A stretch of DNA of 52,037 nt from Bacteroidaceae bacterium (GTDB lineage Bacteria > Bacteroidota > Bacteroidia > Bacteroidales > Bacteroidaceae): assembly GCA_017612875.1 (NCBI GenBank), contig JAGAEZ010000038.1, forward strand, positions 1-52,037. Reading direction: 5' to 3'. Positions 1 through 9,369 of this stretch are shown here, one piece after another; within the stretch, counting starts at the first letter, position 1, and each line of letters opens with the position of its first letter. The notes below the pieces were generated by a model. That model was not told where the DNA came from. It made no database searches and saw only the letters and a list, made by a program, of their open reading frames with translations. Made by a program: the position numbers and the translations under genes.

Positions 1-1
1 C

Positions 2-160
2 ATACCGGCCCGCAGCATTAACGTTCGCCTGACCGATGCTGAACTTGCAGCACGGCCCATGCGCCCGCTTACCCGCAAGCGTGTGGTAGCCAAGAGCCTC
101 AAAGCATACGCCAACATGGTAAGTTCTGCCGATAAGGGAGGCGTAAGAATCATTGAATGA
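2..160 (+). CDS. ilvD: Dihydroxy-acid dehydratase, C-terminal fragment (5' end lies outside the window)
   Basis: My translation of frame 2 gives ...[47 protein letters not shown]. This matches the conserved IlvD C-terminus (E. coli ...LRAYASLATSADKGAVRD). It sits directly upstream of ilvB. Confidence 0.85.
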   Translation: MPARSINVRLTDAELAARPMRPLTRKRVVAKSLKAYANMVSSADKGGVRIIE

Positions 161-161
161 A

Positions 162-1862
162 ATGACTATGAGCAAAACGATAACAGGAGCCGAAGCGATG
201 CTCCAGGCATTGCTTGCCGAAGGCGTTGACACAGTGTTCGCCTACCCCGGCGGCTCCATAATAAAGGTATTCGACGCTCTCTACGGCCACCGCACTGACC
301 TCAGGCAGATACTGGTGCGCCACGAGCAGGGTGCCACCCACGCCGCACAGGGATATGCCCGCGTGTCCGGCCGCACAGGTGTGGCCATCGTGACCAGCGG
401 GCCGGGTGCCACAAACACCATTACCGGCATAAGCGATGCCATGCTTGACAGCACACCCATAGTTGTCATAGCCGGTCAGGTAGGAACCGATGCCCTGGGC
501 ACAGACGCTTTCCAGGAGATTGACCTGGTGGGTGTAACCCAGCCTATCACCAAATGGAGTTATCAGATTCGCCGTGCCGAGGATATCCCTTGGGCGGTGG
601 CACGCGCTTTCTACATAGCAAGTTCCGGACGTCCGGGGCCCGTAGTGCTTGACTTTACCAAGACCGCGCAGATGCAGCAGATAGATTTCAAGCCTGCCAA
701 GATAGACTATGTTCGCAGCTACATACCTTCTCCGGATCCTGTCGAGTCACAGATAAACGATGCCGTAGCTCTGATTGACAGCTCCAGGAAGCCTCTTGTG
801 CTGGTAGGCCACGGAGTTGAACTCGGTAATGCCGAAATAGAGCTGGCTGATTTCCTTGAGAAAGGCGACCTGCCCGCAGCACGCACACTGCTTGGACTTG
901 CCGCTCTGCCAAGTGACCACCCCCTCAACATGGGAATGCTGGGAATGCACGGCAATCTGGCTCCCAACGTTAAGACCAACGAATGTGATGTGCTGATAGC
1001 CGTGGGTATGCGTTTTGATGACCGCGTAACCGGCACGCTCAACACGTATGCCAAGCAGGCCAAGATAATACATCTTGATATAGACAAGTCGGAGTTCGGA
1101 AAGAACGTCAAGCCCGACATAACAGTGCTTGGCGACTGTCGACAGACCCTCAGGCTCATTACTGAGCGTATGGCCAGGGCTGACCACAAAGAGTGGATTG
1201 AGAGTTTCAAGCCGCTTGACAAGGAGGAATATGACAAGGTGATAGATATTGCCATAAATCCCAAGAACGGACCGCTCAAGATGGGCGAGGTAGTGACCGA
1301 GGTCAGCAAACAGGCACCGGCCGACTCCGTTCTGGTAACCGATGTAGGCCTCAACCAGATGTTCGCATCACGTTACTTCAAGTATCGCACACCGCGCAGC
1401 ATAGTGACATCGGGCGGCTTGGGCACTATGGGATTCTGCATGCCTGCAGCCATCGGAGCCACATTCGGAGCGCCTGAACGTATGGTATTCGCATTCAGCG
1501 GAGACGGCGGTTTCCAGATGAACATACAGGAACTGGGCACCATAATGGAAAACCAGGCCCCCGTCAAGATGATTCTGATGAACAACACCTATCTGGGTAA
1601 TGTCCGCCAGTGGCAGCAGATGATGTTTGACGGCCGATACTCCTGCACACACATGATGAACCCCGATTACAGCAAGATAGCAGCAGCCTACGGAATCCCC
1701 TACATACTGGTTACAGAACGTAACCGGTTACAGGATGCAGTAAAGCAGATGATAGCCGCCAAAGGTCCGTTCATACTCGAGGCAGCTGTGATGGATGAGG
1801 AAAATGTGATGCCGATGATTCCGCCGGGAAACTCGGTAGATAAAATGATATTTGAAATATAA
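162..1862 (+). CDS. ilvB: Acetolactate synthase (acetohydroxyacid synthase) large catalytic subunit, ThDP-dependent
   Basis: The 569-aa ORF has N-terminal GAEAMLQALLAEGVDTVFAYPGGS and the ThDP motif region GDGGFQMNIQEL...MNNTYLGNVRQWQ. The ORF-track start at 153 is TTG. The first ATGs are at 162 and 168, one nt after the ilvD stop. Confidence 0.95.
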   Translation: MTMSKTITGAEAMLQALLAEGVDTVFAYPGGSIIKVFDALYGHRTDLRQILVRHEQGATHAAQGYARVSGRTGVAIVTSGPGATNTITGISDAMLDSTPIVVIAGQVGTDALGTDAFQEIDLVGVTQPITKWSYQIRRAEDIPWAVARAFYIASSGRPGPVVLDFTKTAQMQQIDFKPAKIDYVRSYIPSPDPVESQINDAVALIDSSRKPLVLVGHGVELGNAEIELADFLEKGDLPAARTLLGLAALPSDHPLNMGMLGMHGNLAPNVKTNECDVLIAVGMRFDDRVTGTLNTYAKQAKIIHLDIDKSEFGKNVKPDITVLGDCRQTLRLITERMARADHKEWIESFKPLDKEEYDKVIDIAINPKNGPLKMGEVVTEVSKQAPADSVLVTDVGLNQMFASRYFKYRTPRSIVTSGGLGTMGFCMPAAIGATFGAPERMVFAFSGDGGFQMNIQELGTIMENQAPVKMILMNNTYLGNVRQWQQMMFDGRYSCTHMMNPDYSKIAAAYGIPYILVTERNRLQDAVKQMIAAKGPFILEAAVMDEENVMPMIPPGNSVDKMIFEI

Positions 1863-1961
1863 CTTTGGCTTTGGCCTTGGCGTTGGCTACCATCCGGCGC
1901 GTAGCCTATCGGCCCTCCGGGCCGCAAAAAGCCAAAGCCAACGCCAACGCCAAGGCCAACG
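1863..1961. repeat. Palindromic hexamer-periodic intergenic element, copy 1: (TTGGCN)4 arm, about 43-nt core, (GCCAAN)5 arm
   Basis: It starts on the first base after the ilvB TAA. The arms CTTTGGCTTTGGCCTTGGCGTTGGC and GCCAAAGCCAACGCCAACGCCAAGGCCAACG are reverse complements. The core contains the hairpin CGGCCC-tcc-GGGCCG. A second copy lies at 2532-2620 in inverted orientation. Confidence 0.85.
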
Positions 1962-1970
1962 TAACTAGAA

Positions 1971-2531
1971 ATGGAGAACGAAAAGAAACTATACACACTG
2001 ATAGTGCATTCCGAAAACATTGCCGGTATCCTGAACCAGGTTACCGCCGTGTTCACGCGCCGTCAGGTCAATATCGAGAGCTTGAACGTATCGGCCTCAT
2101 CTATACCGGGGGTTCACCGTTACACCATAACCGCAATGGCCGATGCTGAAACCATAGTCAAGATTGTAGATCAGATAGAAAAGAAGGTCGATGTGCTGCA
2201 GTGCCAGTACTTTACCGATGCTGAGATATTCATGCAGGAGGTGGCATTATATAAGATAGTGACATCTGTGCTTACTGAGAACCCTGAGATGTCCAGGATC
2301 ATACGCCGTTACGGTGCAAAACTGATAGAGGTAAACTCCACCTTCTCTGTAATTGAGAAGACCGGACGCACCGAGGATATCACCGCTCTCAACCGAGAGC
2401 TCTCAGCCCAGGGCGGCATGCTCCAGTTTGTCAGTTCCGGCCGTGTGGCAATAACCCGTGCCCGCATAGAGCACGTCAATGAGTACTTAGACAAGATGGA
2501 AGCCCGTTACGGAAAGAAATCCCGTGAATAA
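1971..2531 (+). CDS. ilvN: Acetolactate synthase small regulatory subunit (ACT domain)
   Basis: The 186-aa ORF starts LYTLIVHSENIAGILNQVTAVFTRRQVNIESLNVS, a typical ACT-domain start for IlvN/IlvH. It lies immediately downstream of ilvB. Confidence 0.9.
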   Translation: MENEKKLYTLIVHSENIAGILNQVTAVFTRRQVNIESLNVSASSIPGVHRYTITAMADAETIVKIVDQIEKKVDVLQCQYFTDAEIFMQEVALYKIVTSVLTENPEMSRIIRRYGAKLIEVNSTFSVIEKTGRTEDITALNRELSAQGGMLQFVSSGRVAITRARIEHVNEYLDKMEARYGKKSRE

Positions 2532-2620
2532 CGTTGGCGTTGGCATTGGCCCTTTCAGAGACCCTGCGGGTCGAAAGATTACGCACCGGATGGTAGCCAA
2601 CGCCAAAGCCAAAGCCAAAG
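2532..2620. repeat. Palindromic hexamer-periodic intergenic element, copy 2 (inverted relative to copy 1)
   Basis: It starts on the first base after the ilvN TAA. Its reverse complement matches copy 1 at 39 of the first 41 nt (CTTTGGCTTTGGCyTTGGCGTTGGCTACCATCCGGyGCGTA). The core hairpin is GACCC-gca-GGGTC. Confidence 0.85.
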
Positions 2621-2664
2621 TTTCAAAAAAAAGCATATTAACTACATAATAACAACAAGAAACT

Positions 2665-3705
2665 ATGAAAATGAATTTCGGCGGTGTCATAGAAGAGGTT
2701 ATGACACGTGAGGAGTTCCCGCTGGAGAAAGCCCGCGAGATACTCAAGAATGAGACAATCGCAGTTATAGGTTACGGTGTACAGGGTCCCGGCCAGGCAT
2801 GCAACCTGCGTGACAACGGTTTCAACGTAATCGTCGGGCAGCGTCAGGGCAAGACATTCGAGAAGGCCGTTGCCGACGGTTGGGTTCCCGGCAAGACACT
2901 GTTCTCAATCGAAGAGGCTGCCCAGAAGGGAACCATCATCTGCATGCTTCTGTCCGATGCGGCCCAGATGCAGCAGTGGCCCAACATCAAGCCCTACCTG
3001 ACCGCAGGCAAGACCCTGTATTTCTCACACGGATTCGCCATCACCTGGAACGACCGCACAGGCGTGGTTCCTCCCAAGGATATCGATGTCATCATGGTTG
3101 CTCCCAAAGGTTCAGGCACATCCCTGCGCACCATGTTCCTTGAGGGCCGCGGCCTGAACAGCTCTTACGCTGTCTATCAGGATGCATCAGGCCATGCTCT
3201 CGAGAAGGTTCTGGCCTTCGGTATCGGTATCGGTTCAGGTTACCTGTTCGAGACCACATTCGTACGCGAGGCTACATCGGACCTTACAGGTGAACGCGGT
3301 TCACTGATGGGTGCCATCCAAGGTCTGCTGCTGGCTCAGTATGAGGTTCTCCGTGAGAACGGACACACTCCTTCCGAGGCATTCAACGAGACAGTCGAGG
3401 AGCTTACACAGTCACTCATGCCGTTGTTCGCCCAAAAGGGTATGGACTGGATGTACGCCAACTGCTCGACCACCGCACAGCGTGGTGCACTTGACTGGAT
3501 GGGACCGTTCCATGATGCCATCAAGCCCGTTGTACAGAAACTCTATTCCAGCGTGAAGTGCGGTAACGAGGCTCAGATCTCCATTGACAGCAACTCTAAG
3601 CCCGGCTATCGCGAAGGTCTTGAGAAGGAACTGGCTGCCCTGCGCGACAGCGAGATGTGGCAGACCGGCGCTGTGGTCCGCAAACTCCGCCCTGAAAACA
3701 ACTGA
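2665..3705 (+). CDS. ilvC: Ketol-acid reductoisomerase (class I, NADP-dependent)
   Basis: The 346-aa ORF has the Rossmann motif IAVIGYGVQGPGQACNLRDNG. Its length and ilv operon context fit. Confidence 0.95.
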   Translation: MKMNFGGVIEEVMTREEFPLEKAREILKNETIAVIGYGVQGPGQACNLRDNGFNVIVGQRQGKTFEKAVADGWVPGKTLFSIEEAAQKGTIICMLLSDAAQMQQWPNIKPYLTAGKTLYFSHGFAITWNDRTGVVPPKDIDVIMVAPKGSGTSLRTMFLEGRGLNSSYAVYQDASGHALEKVLAFGIGIGSGYLFETTFVREATSDLTGERGSLMGAIQGLLLAQYEVLRENGHTPSEAFNETVEELTQSLMPLFAQKGMDWMYANCSTTAQRGALDWMGPFHDAIKPVVQKLYSSVKCGNEAQISIDSNSKPGYREGLEKELAALRDSEMWQTGAVVRKLRPENN

Positions 3706-3770
3706 CCTTTTGTCGCGACTCCTACAGACAAGCAAACCTGACGGCTGTCGCTGCTCCGAAAGTTGATATA

Positions 3771-3805
3771 AAAAAACCTCGCGGAAAAATCGCGAGGCTT
3801 TTTTA
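3771..3805. terminator. Bidirectional intrinsic terminator between convergent ilvC and ppiD
   Basis: The sequence is AAAAAA-CCTCGCG-gaaaaat-CGCGAGG-CTTTTTTAT. It is a 7-bp GC-rich stem with an A-tract upstream and a T-tract downstream. A second small palindrome, TTACGCAggTGCGTAA, lies at 3811-3826. Confidence 0.8.
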
Positions 3806-3845
3806 TAATCTTACGCAGGTGCGTAAATTCGCTCTTTCTATTGAA

Positions 3846-5990
3846 TCAGAACACCTTGTACCTGGTATCTTCGATATGTGCCTGGAAATAGAGCTCCTGA
3901 AGCAGAGAGTTGCCGATCTGCCTTGAACTGATGGAATTCAGACGTGCGGTCTCAGCCTCGGCATCATATTCCGTGGGATAGCTGTCAGGTGATATCTTCT
4001 GTACCACATAGATGCAGTTCTCACCTTGCATGGGCTTGGACAGGACATCCCTTGTGAGCCTGCTTACCGTAGGACCTACAGTCGCCTCGTTTGCCACATA
4101 GGATGACAAATAGGCAGAGTTGTTGAAATTCACATACTGTATGGTATCGATGCTCACATCGGCCACGTTCCTGAGTTCAGCCACTGAAGAGGCACCATCG
4201 AAACGGCTCTTGAGGGATTCGTATTTCTTTTCATTGATAGCCTTGCGCATAAGAGCAGAGCCTGCGTCCTTGATAGAACGGTACCCCTGAGGATGAATCT
4301 TGTCAACAGCCACAACCATCAGATGCTCGTTTGACTGGCCGGCCTCGAATATGCGCGACACCTCTCCCTCATTGGCCTCAAAGAGCCAACGCAAAGCCTC
4401 GTGTGACCTGGGTACGCCACCCACATTATATGAGAAACTCTCTAAACCGGGATAATAGAGCAGACGGAAATCGGAATCCTCGGCATTCTCCTTAAGGTCA
4501 TCGAGGGTCTTGTTGGCTGCCACGAACTGGCTCAGGGCATTATAGACGCTGTTACTCGTCTCGTCGCTGAACTCCACCTGACGCTTGATCACGGCCAGAT
4601 TGTACTTGTCAACCTTGTTCCTTACATCATCAACCTTGAGGATGAGGTTTCCGCCTGTCAGCCTGACATTGGCTATCTCACCTTTCTTCATGCTGTTCAG
4701 CTTGTTCAGATAGACAGCGTTGTCACCAGTGATTGATGCAGGCTCATAGGCATCGGAGTAGAGCCAGTCGGATTCACCTGACTGGGAGTACTTGGCGGCA
4801 ATCTCGGCGAACGAACCTCCCCTCTTGAGGGCGTTGACGATACTGTCTGCTATCCTGATATCCTCGGCCTCCTCACCTGAAGCTATCTGGATCAGGCTGA
4901 ACTGTATGGAATCATAACCGGACTCCTTGGAAAGGAGACGGAATGAATTGTAGGTATCATCATCAATATTGTAGTAGGGTCCGAACACACCGTCAGCGCC
5001 TACTGAATCAAGCCTTGCAACCACATCCTCCGGCAGGACGGCAGCCGAACGCGGAACTTCGCTGAAAGTCATGTCGGAACCGGCACGACGGAGCAGTGCG
5101 CCGAAATCGGTGTCGGCATCGGCCTCGGTAAGCTGGGTGGTGAGTTCGTTCACCTCGGCAAGCAGAGCCTTACGGTCAGCATCCGATGGCAGGATTTCCG
5201 CATCGATATAGTAGATGTCACGATTCTCGGAATAGTTGAACAGCATCTCCTTGTTGTCGGCATAGACCTTTTTCATGTCGGCCGATGTCACCGTAACGGT
5301 AGAATCGGAAATGCGTGAATAGGGAATAGACGCCATCACGACATCAGACCTCATGACTCGTGTCTCGTATGAGTCCTTGGCCACTACAGGATTGCTGATC
5401 AGACCGGCGGTGACAAGGGAAATGTATTTGCTGTAAAGCAGGTTCGACTTGATGTTATCCTCGATATAGAGCCAGTATTTGTACATCGCGTCATACTGCC
5501 TCATGTCCTGGACACTCATGACGGAAGGGTCAAGGTCCTTGTAAACGGCCAGGAAAGTCTTGAGGTAATCCAAATCGAAAGTGCCGTCGCTGCCGTTGAA
5601 CGGAGTGTTCTGGAGTACCGGGTCAGTTCCTTTCTCAATGACATCCCTGACTTCGGCATCCGTTACGGTAAGTCCAATGGCATCGGTCTCTTTCTGAAGG
5701 ATGTTGCGACGCACCATAACACTCCAGACCTCATCCTTGATCTGATTGTTCTGCTCCTCTGTCAGGTCCTGCAGGCCGGTGGAGAATCTCACCACCTCGG
5801 AATAGTTCTCCAGCTCATCCTGGAAATCCATTGCGGAAACTTTCTTCCCGTCAATTGAACCGATGTACTGGACACCCTGGTTGGGGCGGATGATCTTCCA
5901 AGCGTCACCAAGAATGAAGGCCAGCATAGCGAGGCCGATAACGATAAGAAGCAGTGGTCCTTTGCTTCTGATTTTCTGTAATGTTGCCAT
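3846..5990 (-). CDS. ppiD: Periplasmic chaperone / peptidyl-prolyl isomerase, PpiD-like (N-terminal membrane anchor)
   Basis: The 714-aa ORF starts MATLQKIRSKGPLLLIVIGLAMLAFILGD, a PpiD-type anchor. The long SurA-like body and the location at the end of the envelope cluster agree. Confidence 0.75.
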   Translation of the reverse strand: MATLQKIRSKGPLLLIVIGLAMLAFILGDAWKIIRPNQGVQYIGSIDGKKVSAMDFQDELENYSEVVRFSTGLQDLTEEQNNQIKDEVWSVMVRRNILQKETDAIGLTVTDAEVRDVIEKGTDPVLQNTPFNGSDGTFDLDYLKTFLAVYKDLDPSVMSVQDMRQYDAMYKYWLYIEDNIKSNLLYSKYISLVTAGLISNPVVAKDSYETRVMRSDVVMASIPYSRISDSTVTVTSADMKKVYADNKEMLFNYSENRDIYYIDAEILPSDADRKALLAEVNELTTQLTEADADTDFGALLRRAGSDMTFSEVPRSAAVLPEDVVARLDSVGADGVFGPYYNIDDDTYNSFRLLSKESGYDSIQFSLIQIASGEEAEDIRIADSIVNALKRGGSFAEIAAKYSQSGESDWLYSDAYEPASITGDNAVYLNKLNSMKKGEIANVRLTGGNLILKVDDVRNKVDKYNLAVIKRQVEFSDETSNSVYNALSQFVAANKTLDDLKENAEDSDFRLLYYPGLESFSYNVGGVPRSHEALRWLFEANEGEVSRIFEAGQSNEHLMVVAVDKIHPQGYRSIKDAGSALMRKAINEKKYESLKSRFDGASSVAELRNVADVSIDTIQYVNFNNSAYLSSYVANEATVGPTVSRLTRDVLSKPMQGENCIYVVQKISPDSYPTEYDAEAETARLNSISSRQIGNSLLQELYFQAHIEDTRYKVF

Positions 5991-6054
5991 TTCTTTTATT
6001 GTTTTTTCTATCTGTTTTTCCGTTTAAAATCCGGCTATGCGGGTAAAAAGCGCA

Positions 6055-6062
6055 CAAAGGTA
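6055..6062 (-). promoter_or_regulatory. Candidate Bacteroides-type -7 box (TACCTTTG) upstream of ppiD
   Basis: The minus strand reads TACCTTTG, which fits TAnnTTTG, 65 nt upstream of the ppiD ATG. The -33 element is weak. Confidence 0.35.
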
Positions 6063-6097
6063 GCAAAAATGTTCTTTAATGTCAATTTTCAACTCCA

Positions 6098-7354
6098 TTA
6101 TTTGATGATGGTCAGTTCCACAAGCTCTATTTTGGTATCACCGCGTTTGAGGACACGGAAACAGTAACCATCGGCAGTAACCGTCTCGTTCACTTTCGGG
6201 AAGCCCTTTGCCTTGCTCAGTATAAGGCCACCCACAGTCATGTATTCATCCGATTCAGGTATGTCAAGACCGAACATGGCATTGACCCTGTCAATCTCCA
6301 TACGGCCAGACAGCAGATAACCGTCATCGGTCTTCTTGGCCACGAGCTGGTTCACATCATGCTCATCCTCTATCTCACCCAGAATCTCCTCGATTATATC
6401 TTCAAGCGAAACCATGCCCGATGTGCCACCGAACTCATCTACGACCACGGCAATACTCTTCTTGCGCGCCATGAGCTGCTTCATGAGTTTCTGGGCCATC
6501 AGCGTCTCGGGGACGAAGGGCACGCTCTGCACATGCTCCTGCCAGTTGTCCTTGTGCCTGAACAGTTCCGAAGAGTGGATATATCCTATGATGTGGTCCA
6601 TGTCACCCTTGTAAACCAGTATCTTGGAGTACCCGGTTTCGATAAAGGCGTCCCTCAGCTCAGACAGGGAGACATCCCTGCTCACTGCACATATCTCGTT
6701 CCGCGGAATCATGCAGTCCCTTGTCTTCACATTGGAGAAATCCAGGACATTCTGGAAAATCCTTATCTCCGGATCCGGATTATCCTGTTCGGTGCTTCCG
6801 AGCCCTGACTGTACGAAATAGTCCAGGTCTATCTTGGAAAAGACCTTTGAACTCTTCTCCCTGTCTATCCTGATGCCGAACAGTCTCAGGATAACCCTCG
6901 CGAGCCAGGTCGTGAAGACAGATATCGGATAGAGCAATATGTAAATCAGGAAAAGGGGGGCGGCAAGAATGTTCAGCTTGCCGTTAGGATTGACCCTGAA
7001 AATGGTCTTGGGCAGGAACTCACCTATCACGATCACAATCGCAGTTGAAATGAGCGTCTCTATCACCACCAGCAGGAACTCATTGTCTATCAGTCCGTCC
7101 GGAACGAACCCTTCGATAAGCTTGGCCATCATGGTACTGTAAACGACCAGGGCGATGTTGTTTCCCACCAGCATGGTGGAAATGTAGAGGTTGGGGTTGT
7201 GGTAGAACCGCGCCAATATCCTGGAGCTGAAAGTTTTGTTCTCCACATCCATCTCAAAACGGAGCCTGTCCGATGACAAGAAAGCTATTTCAAGTCCGGA
7301 GAAAAGCGCCGAGAAGAACAGGGCTACAAGCAGTATCAACAGCAGATTGTTCAT
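6098..7354 (-). CDS. CNNM/TlyC-family membrane protein (DUF21 + CBS pair + CorC_HlyC; annotated as hemolysin / GldE-like in Bacteroidetes)
   Basis: The 418-aa ORF has four N-terminal TM helices, a CBS-pair region and a C-terminal CorC/HlyC-like domain (..GYLLSGRMEIDRVNAMFGLDIPESDEYMTVGGLIL..). Its ATG overlaps the lptC stop (ATGA). Confidence 0.85.
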   Translation of the reverse strand: MNNLLLILLVALFFSALFSGLEIAFLSSDRLRFEMDVENKTFSSRILARFYHNPNLYISTMLVGNNIALVVYSTMMAKLIEGFVPDGLIDNEFLLVVIETLISTAIVIVIGEFLPKTIFRVNPNGKLNILAAPLFLIYILLYPISVFTTWLARVILRLFGIRIDREKSSKVFSKIDLDYFVQSGLGSTEQDNPDPEIRIFQNVLDFSNVKTRDCMIPRNEICAVSRDVSLSELRDAFIETGYSKILVYKGDMDHIIGYIHSSELFRHKDNWQEHVQSVPFVPETLMAQKLMKQLMARKKSIAVVVDEFGGTSGMVSLEDIIEEILGEIEDEHDVNQLVAKKTDDGYLLSGRMEIDRVNAMFGLDIPESDEYMTVGGLILSKAKGFPKVNETVTADGYCFRVLKRGDTKIELVELTIIK

Positions 7355-7932
7355 TCCTGAATGGGGAAAACGCCTTCCGTGCGGCGTATAGTGTAGTCTG
7401 TCAGGTTGTTGTTTGATTCGAAACCGTGTCCGACAATCACCTGGTTCTCCTGTTCTATCCTGATAAGACTGTCAGAATAAATCAACCCTTTCCTTCTGTC
7501 CCAGAACATAAGCTGGCTGTCGAACTTCTCCTTGTTTATGTTCTCGGCATGGACATTGTGACGCAACTCCCACAGATACTCGTCATAATAATAGGCCGTA
7601 TCGGCCTCAATCAAGGACTCCACCTGCTGAAGGCTGTCAAGGAGCTCCAGCCTGACTCCCTTTTCAAGGGCATAGAAAGGAGGTTTCATCTTGTCGAAAA
7701 CCTTCCACTCCTCCGCCTTCACCTTGTATCGGATTCTGCCCTCCTCCGAAATCAGCATATCCACCCCATAGGTGGTCATGACCGATACTGAGTCGCGGTT
7801 GGTGATGGCCTCGCCCAACTGTTTGGTGTTTTTGCGGCACGAACCGCAAAGAAACGACAGGGCAACCGCCATGATGACGGTTGCCGTGCTTATCGTTGTT
7901 TTACAGGGATGACACCCCGCGTTCAGTGACAT
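7351..7932 (-). CDS. lptC: LptC-like periplasmic LPS-export lipoprotein
   Basis: The 193-aa ORF has a lipobox (LSFLCGSC). Its size and OstA-like beta-rich body fit, and it is coupled within the envelope cluster. The assignment rests on context and general resemblance only. Confidence 0.5.
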   Translation of the reverse strand: MSLNAGCHPCKTTISTATVIMAVALSFLCGSCRKNTKQLGEAITNRDSVSVMTTYGVDMLISEEGRIRYKVKAEEWKVFDKMKPPFYALEKGVRLELLDSLQQVESLIEADTAYYYDEYLWELRHNVHAENINKEKFDSQLMFWDRRKGLIYSDSLIRIEQENQVIVGHGFESNNNLTDYTIRRTEGVFPIQE

Positions 7933-9303
7933 TTACCTTATGGTGACGGTTTCGTTTATCCAACCCTTGATTTCAACCTTGTCACCGGGCTTGATGCCAA
8001 GCATGAACAGGTCTTCAGCCATGTTCTCAGTCTGCTTACGGTACTCCCTGAGAAGGTCGTTGGCCCTGTCGGCCACAGAAGCGTCAACTCTCTTGGCCTG
8101 CTCCAGCTTGTCAATCACGGCAAAGTAGGCGCAACGGTTGAGTGCCGGTTCGTTAGACCAGCTGTGGTGGCTTGCATAAAGCTGTGCCAGCAGGATATAG
8201 GCGCTGCCGTTATTGGGATTTGCAGAGATGGCCTTCTGCACGGCTGAGCGGCTGCGGTCATCATTCTTCTTGACGGAGTAGATCTGGGCCTCCTTGTAGT
8301 ACAGGTCGGAGAGGCTCTCCTTGTCGGTTTCCAGCTCTATGGCCTGGTCGTAGAACTCAATGGCCTTGTCATAATCCTCACGCTTTGATATATAGAGGGA
8401 AGCGAGGCTCTTGGCGGTCTTGACCGACGGCGAGATGGCATGAGCATACTCGGCTGCGGAGAAGTAGGCATCGCTGGACTTGCAGTCAAGCATGGACATG
8501 AGGGTAACTACCTTGTTCAGATACTCAAGATCGTTCTTGTTATCCTCGACCTTGGGACCGTAGATGGCCTGGAGACTCTCGCAGTCAGCTGCACCGCTGT
8601 TCACGAAATAGGCGTCGATGTTTTCCTTTGTCTTCTTGGCAGCCTCCTTGACATTCTCGCTGGTCTGGGCCTCGATGACAGGATCTATGTAGGTGGAGCA
8701 GTCCAGATAGTCCTGGAGCAGGGCATCGCGTACGGCATCATCATTGGGCTTGCTCTTGTATCTCTGTGAAGATATCTTCATCAGGTCACTGAGAACATAA
8801 TATGTCACCTGCTCCTTTTCCATCGACACAGCCTTGCGGAGAAGGTCGTATGCCTTGTCAAGGGCCGGTTTGGGATTGTAGGTGATATAGTCATGAGCGT
8901 ACTGGGCCCATATCTCGCCTTCACGGGAAGGGTTCTTGGCCAGGGCGTTCAGCTTGTCCAGATACTTGAGTCTCTGCTCATACACCTGCATGAGCTCATT
9001 TGAATACTGCTCCTTCTTGGCGGCGTCAGTCTCTTCCTTGTACAGTGCGCGCAGGATCTTCACGCCGTTGGTATAGGTGGCGTTCTGCGCAAGAGGACTG
9101 TCTCTGAACACATCCTTCCATCCATTCTCATAAGCGTCCTTGTAGTTCTCGGTCTTGATGTACTCGGTATAGATGCTTATGTTCTTGAGGCAATCAATAC
9201 TGTCCTGACCTTGTCCGTAGCGAGAGCCATCCTCTACGCCCTTCTGGGCATAGGCACCCATTGCCATCATCAATGCAAGGGTTAAGAGTCCAATCTTTTT
9301 CAT
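7933..9303 (-). CDS. Secreted tetratricopeptide-repeat (TPR) protein
   Basis: The 456-aa ORF has a signal peptide (MKKIGLLTLALMMAMGAYAQ) and repeated A/Y/L-rich TPR-like helices (e.g. YDKAIEFYDQAIEL, NGSAYILLAQLY). Its stop abuts the lptC start. Confidence 0.7.
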   Translation of the reverse strand: MKKIGLLTLALMMAMGAYAQKGVEDGSRYGQGQDSIDCLKNISIYTEYIKTENYKDAYENGWKDVFRDSPLAQNATYTNGVKILRALYKEETDAAKKEQYSNELMQVYEQRLKYLDKLNALAKNPSREGEIWAQYAHDYITYNPKPALDKAYDLLRKAVSMEKEQVTYYVLSDLMKISSQRYKSKPNDDAVRDALLQDYLDCSTYIDPVIEAQTSENVKEAAKKTKENIDAYFVNSGAADCESLQAIYGPKVEDNKNDLEYLNKVVTLMSMLDCKSSDAYFSAAEYAHAISPSVKTAKSLASLYISKREDYDKAIEFYDQAIELETDKESLSDLYYKEAQIYSVKKNDDRSRSAVQKAISANPNNGSAYILLAQLYASHHSWSNEPALNRCAYFAVIDKLEQAKRVDASVADRANDLLREYRKQTENMAEDLFMLGIKPGDKVEIKGWINETVTIR

Positions 9304-9369
9304 AATTCACATTAACTGTTATATTTGACTTTTCCTTATTTAATATAGTGTTATGAGCGTCAAGTTAAA

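Noticed and set aside
1863-2620. Possibility that the hexamer repeats form a CRISPR array or a tandem-repeat VNTR
   Set aside because: The repeat unit is only 6 nt and there are no spacers. The two blocks are inverted palindromic copies rather than direct repeats, and no cas genes are present.
1865-2747. ORFs 1865-2149 (+, MALALALATIRR...) and 2487-2747 (-, ...LALALALATIRC...) in the ORF track
   Set aside because: Their LALALA / KAKANANAKAN stretches are just translations of the (TTGGCN)n/(GCCAAN)n repeat arms. They overlap the well-supported ilvN and ilvC genes and start on non-ATG codons.
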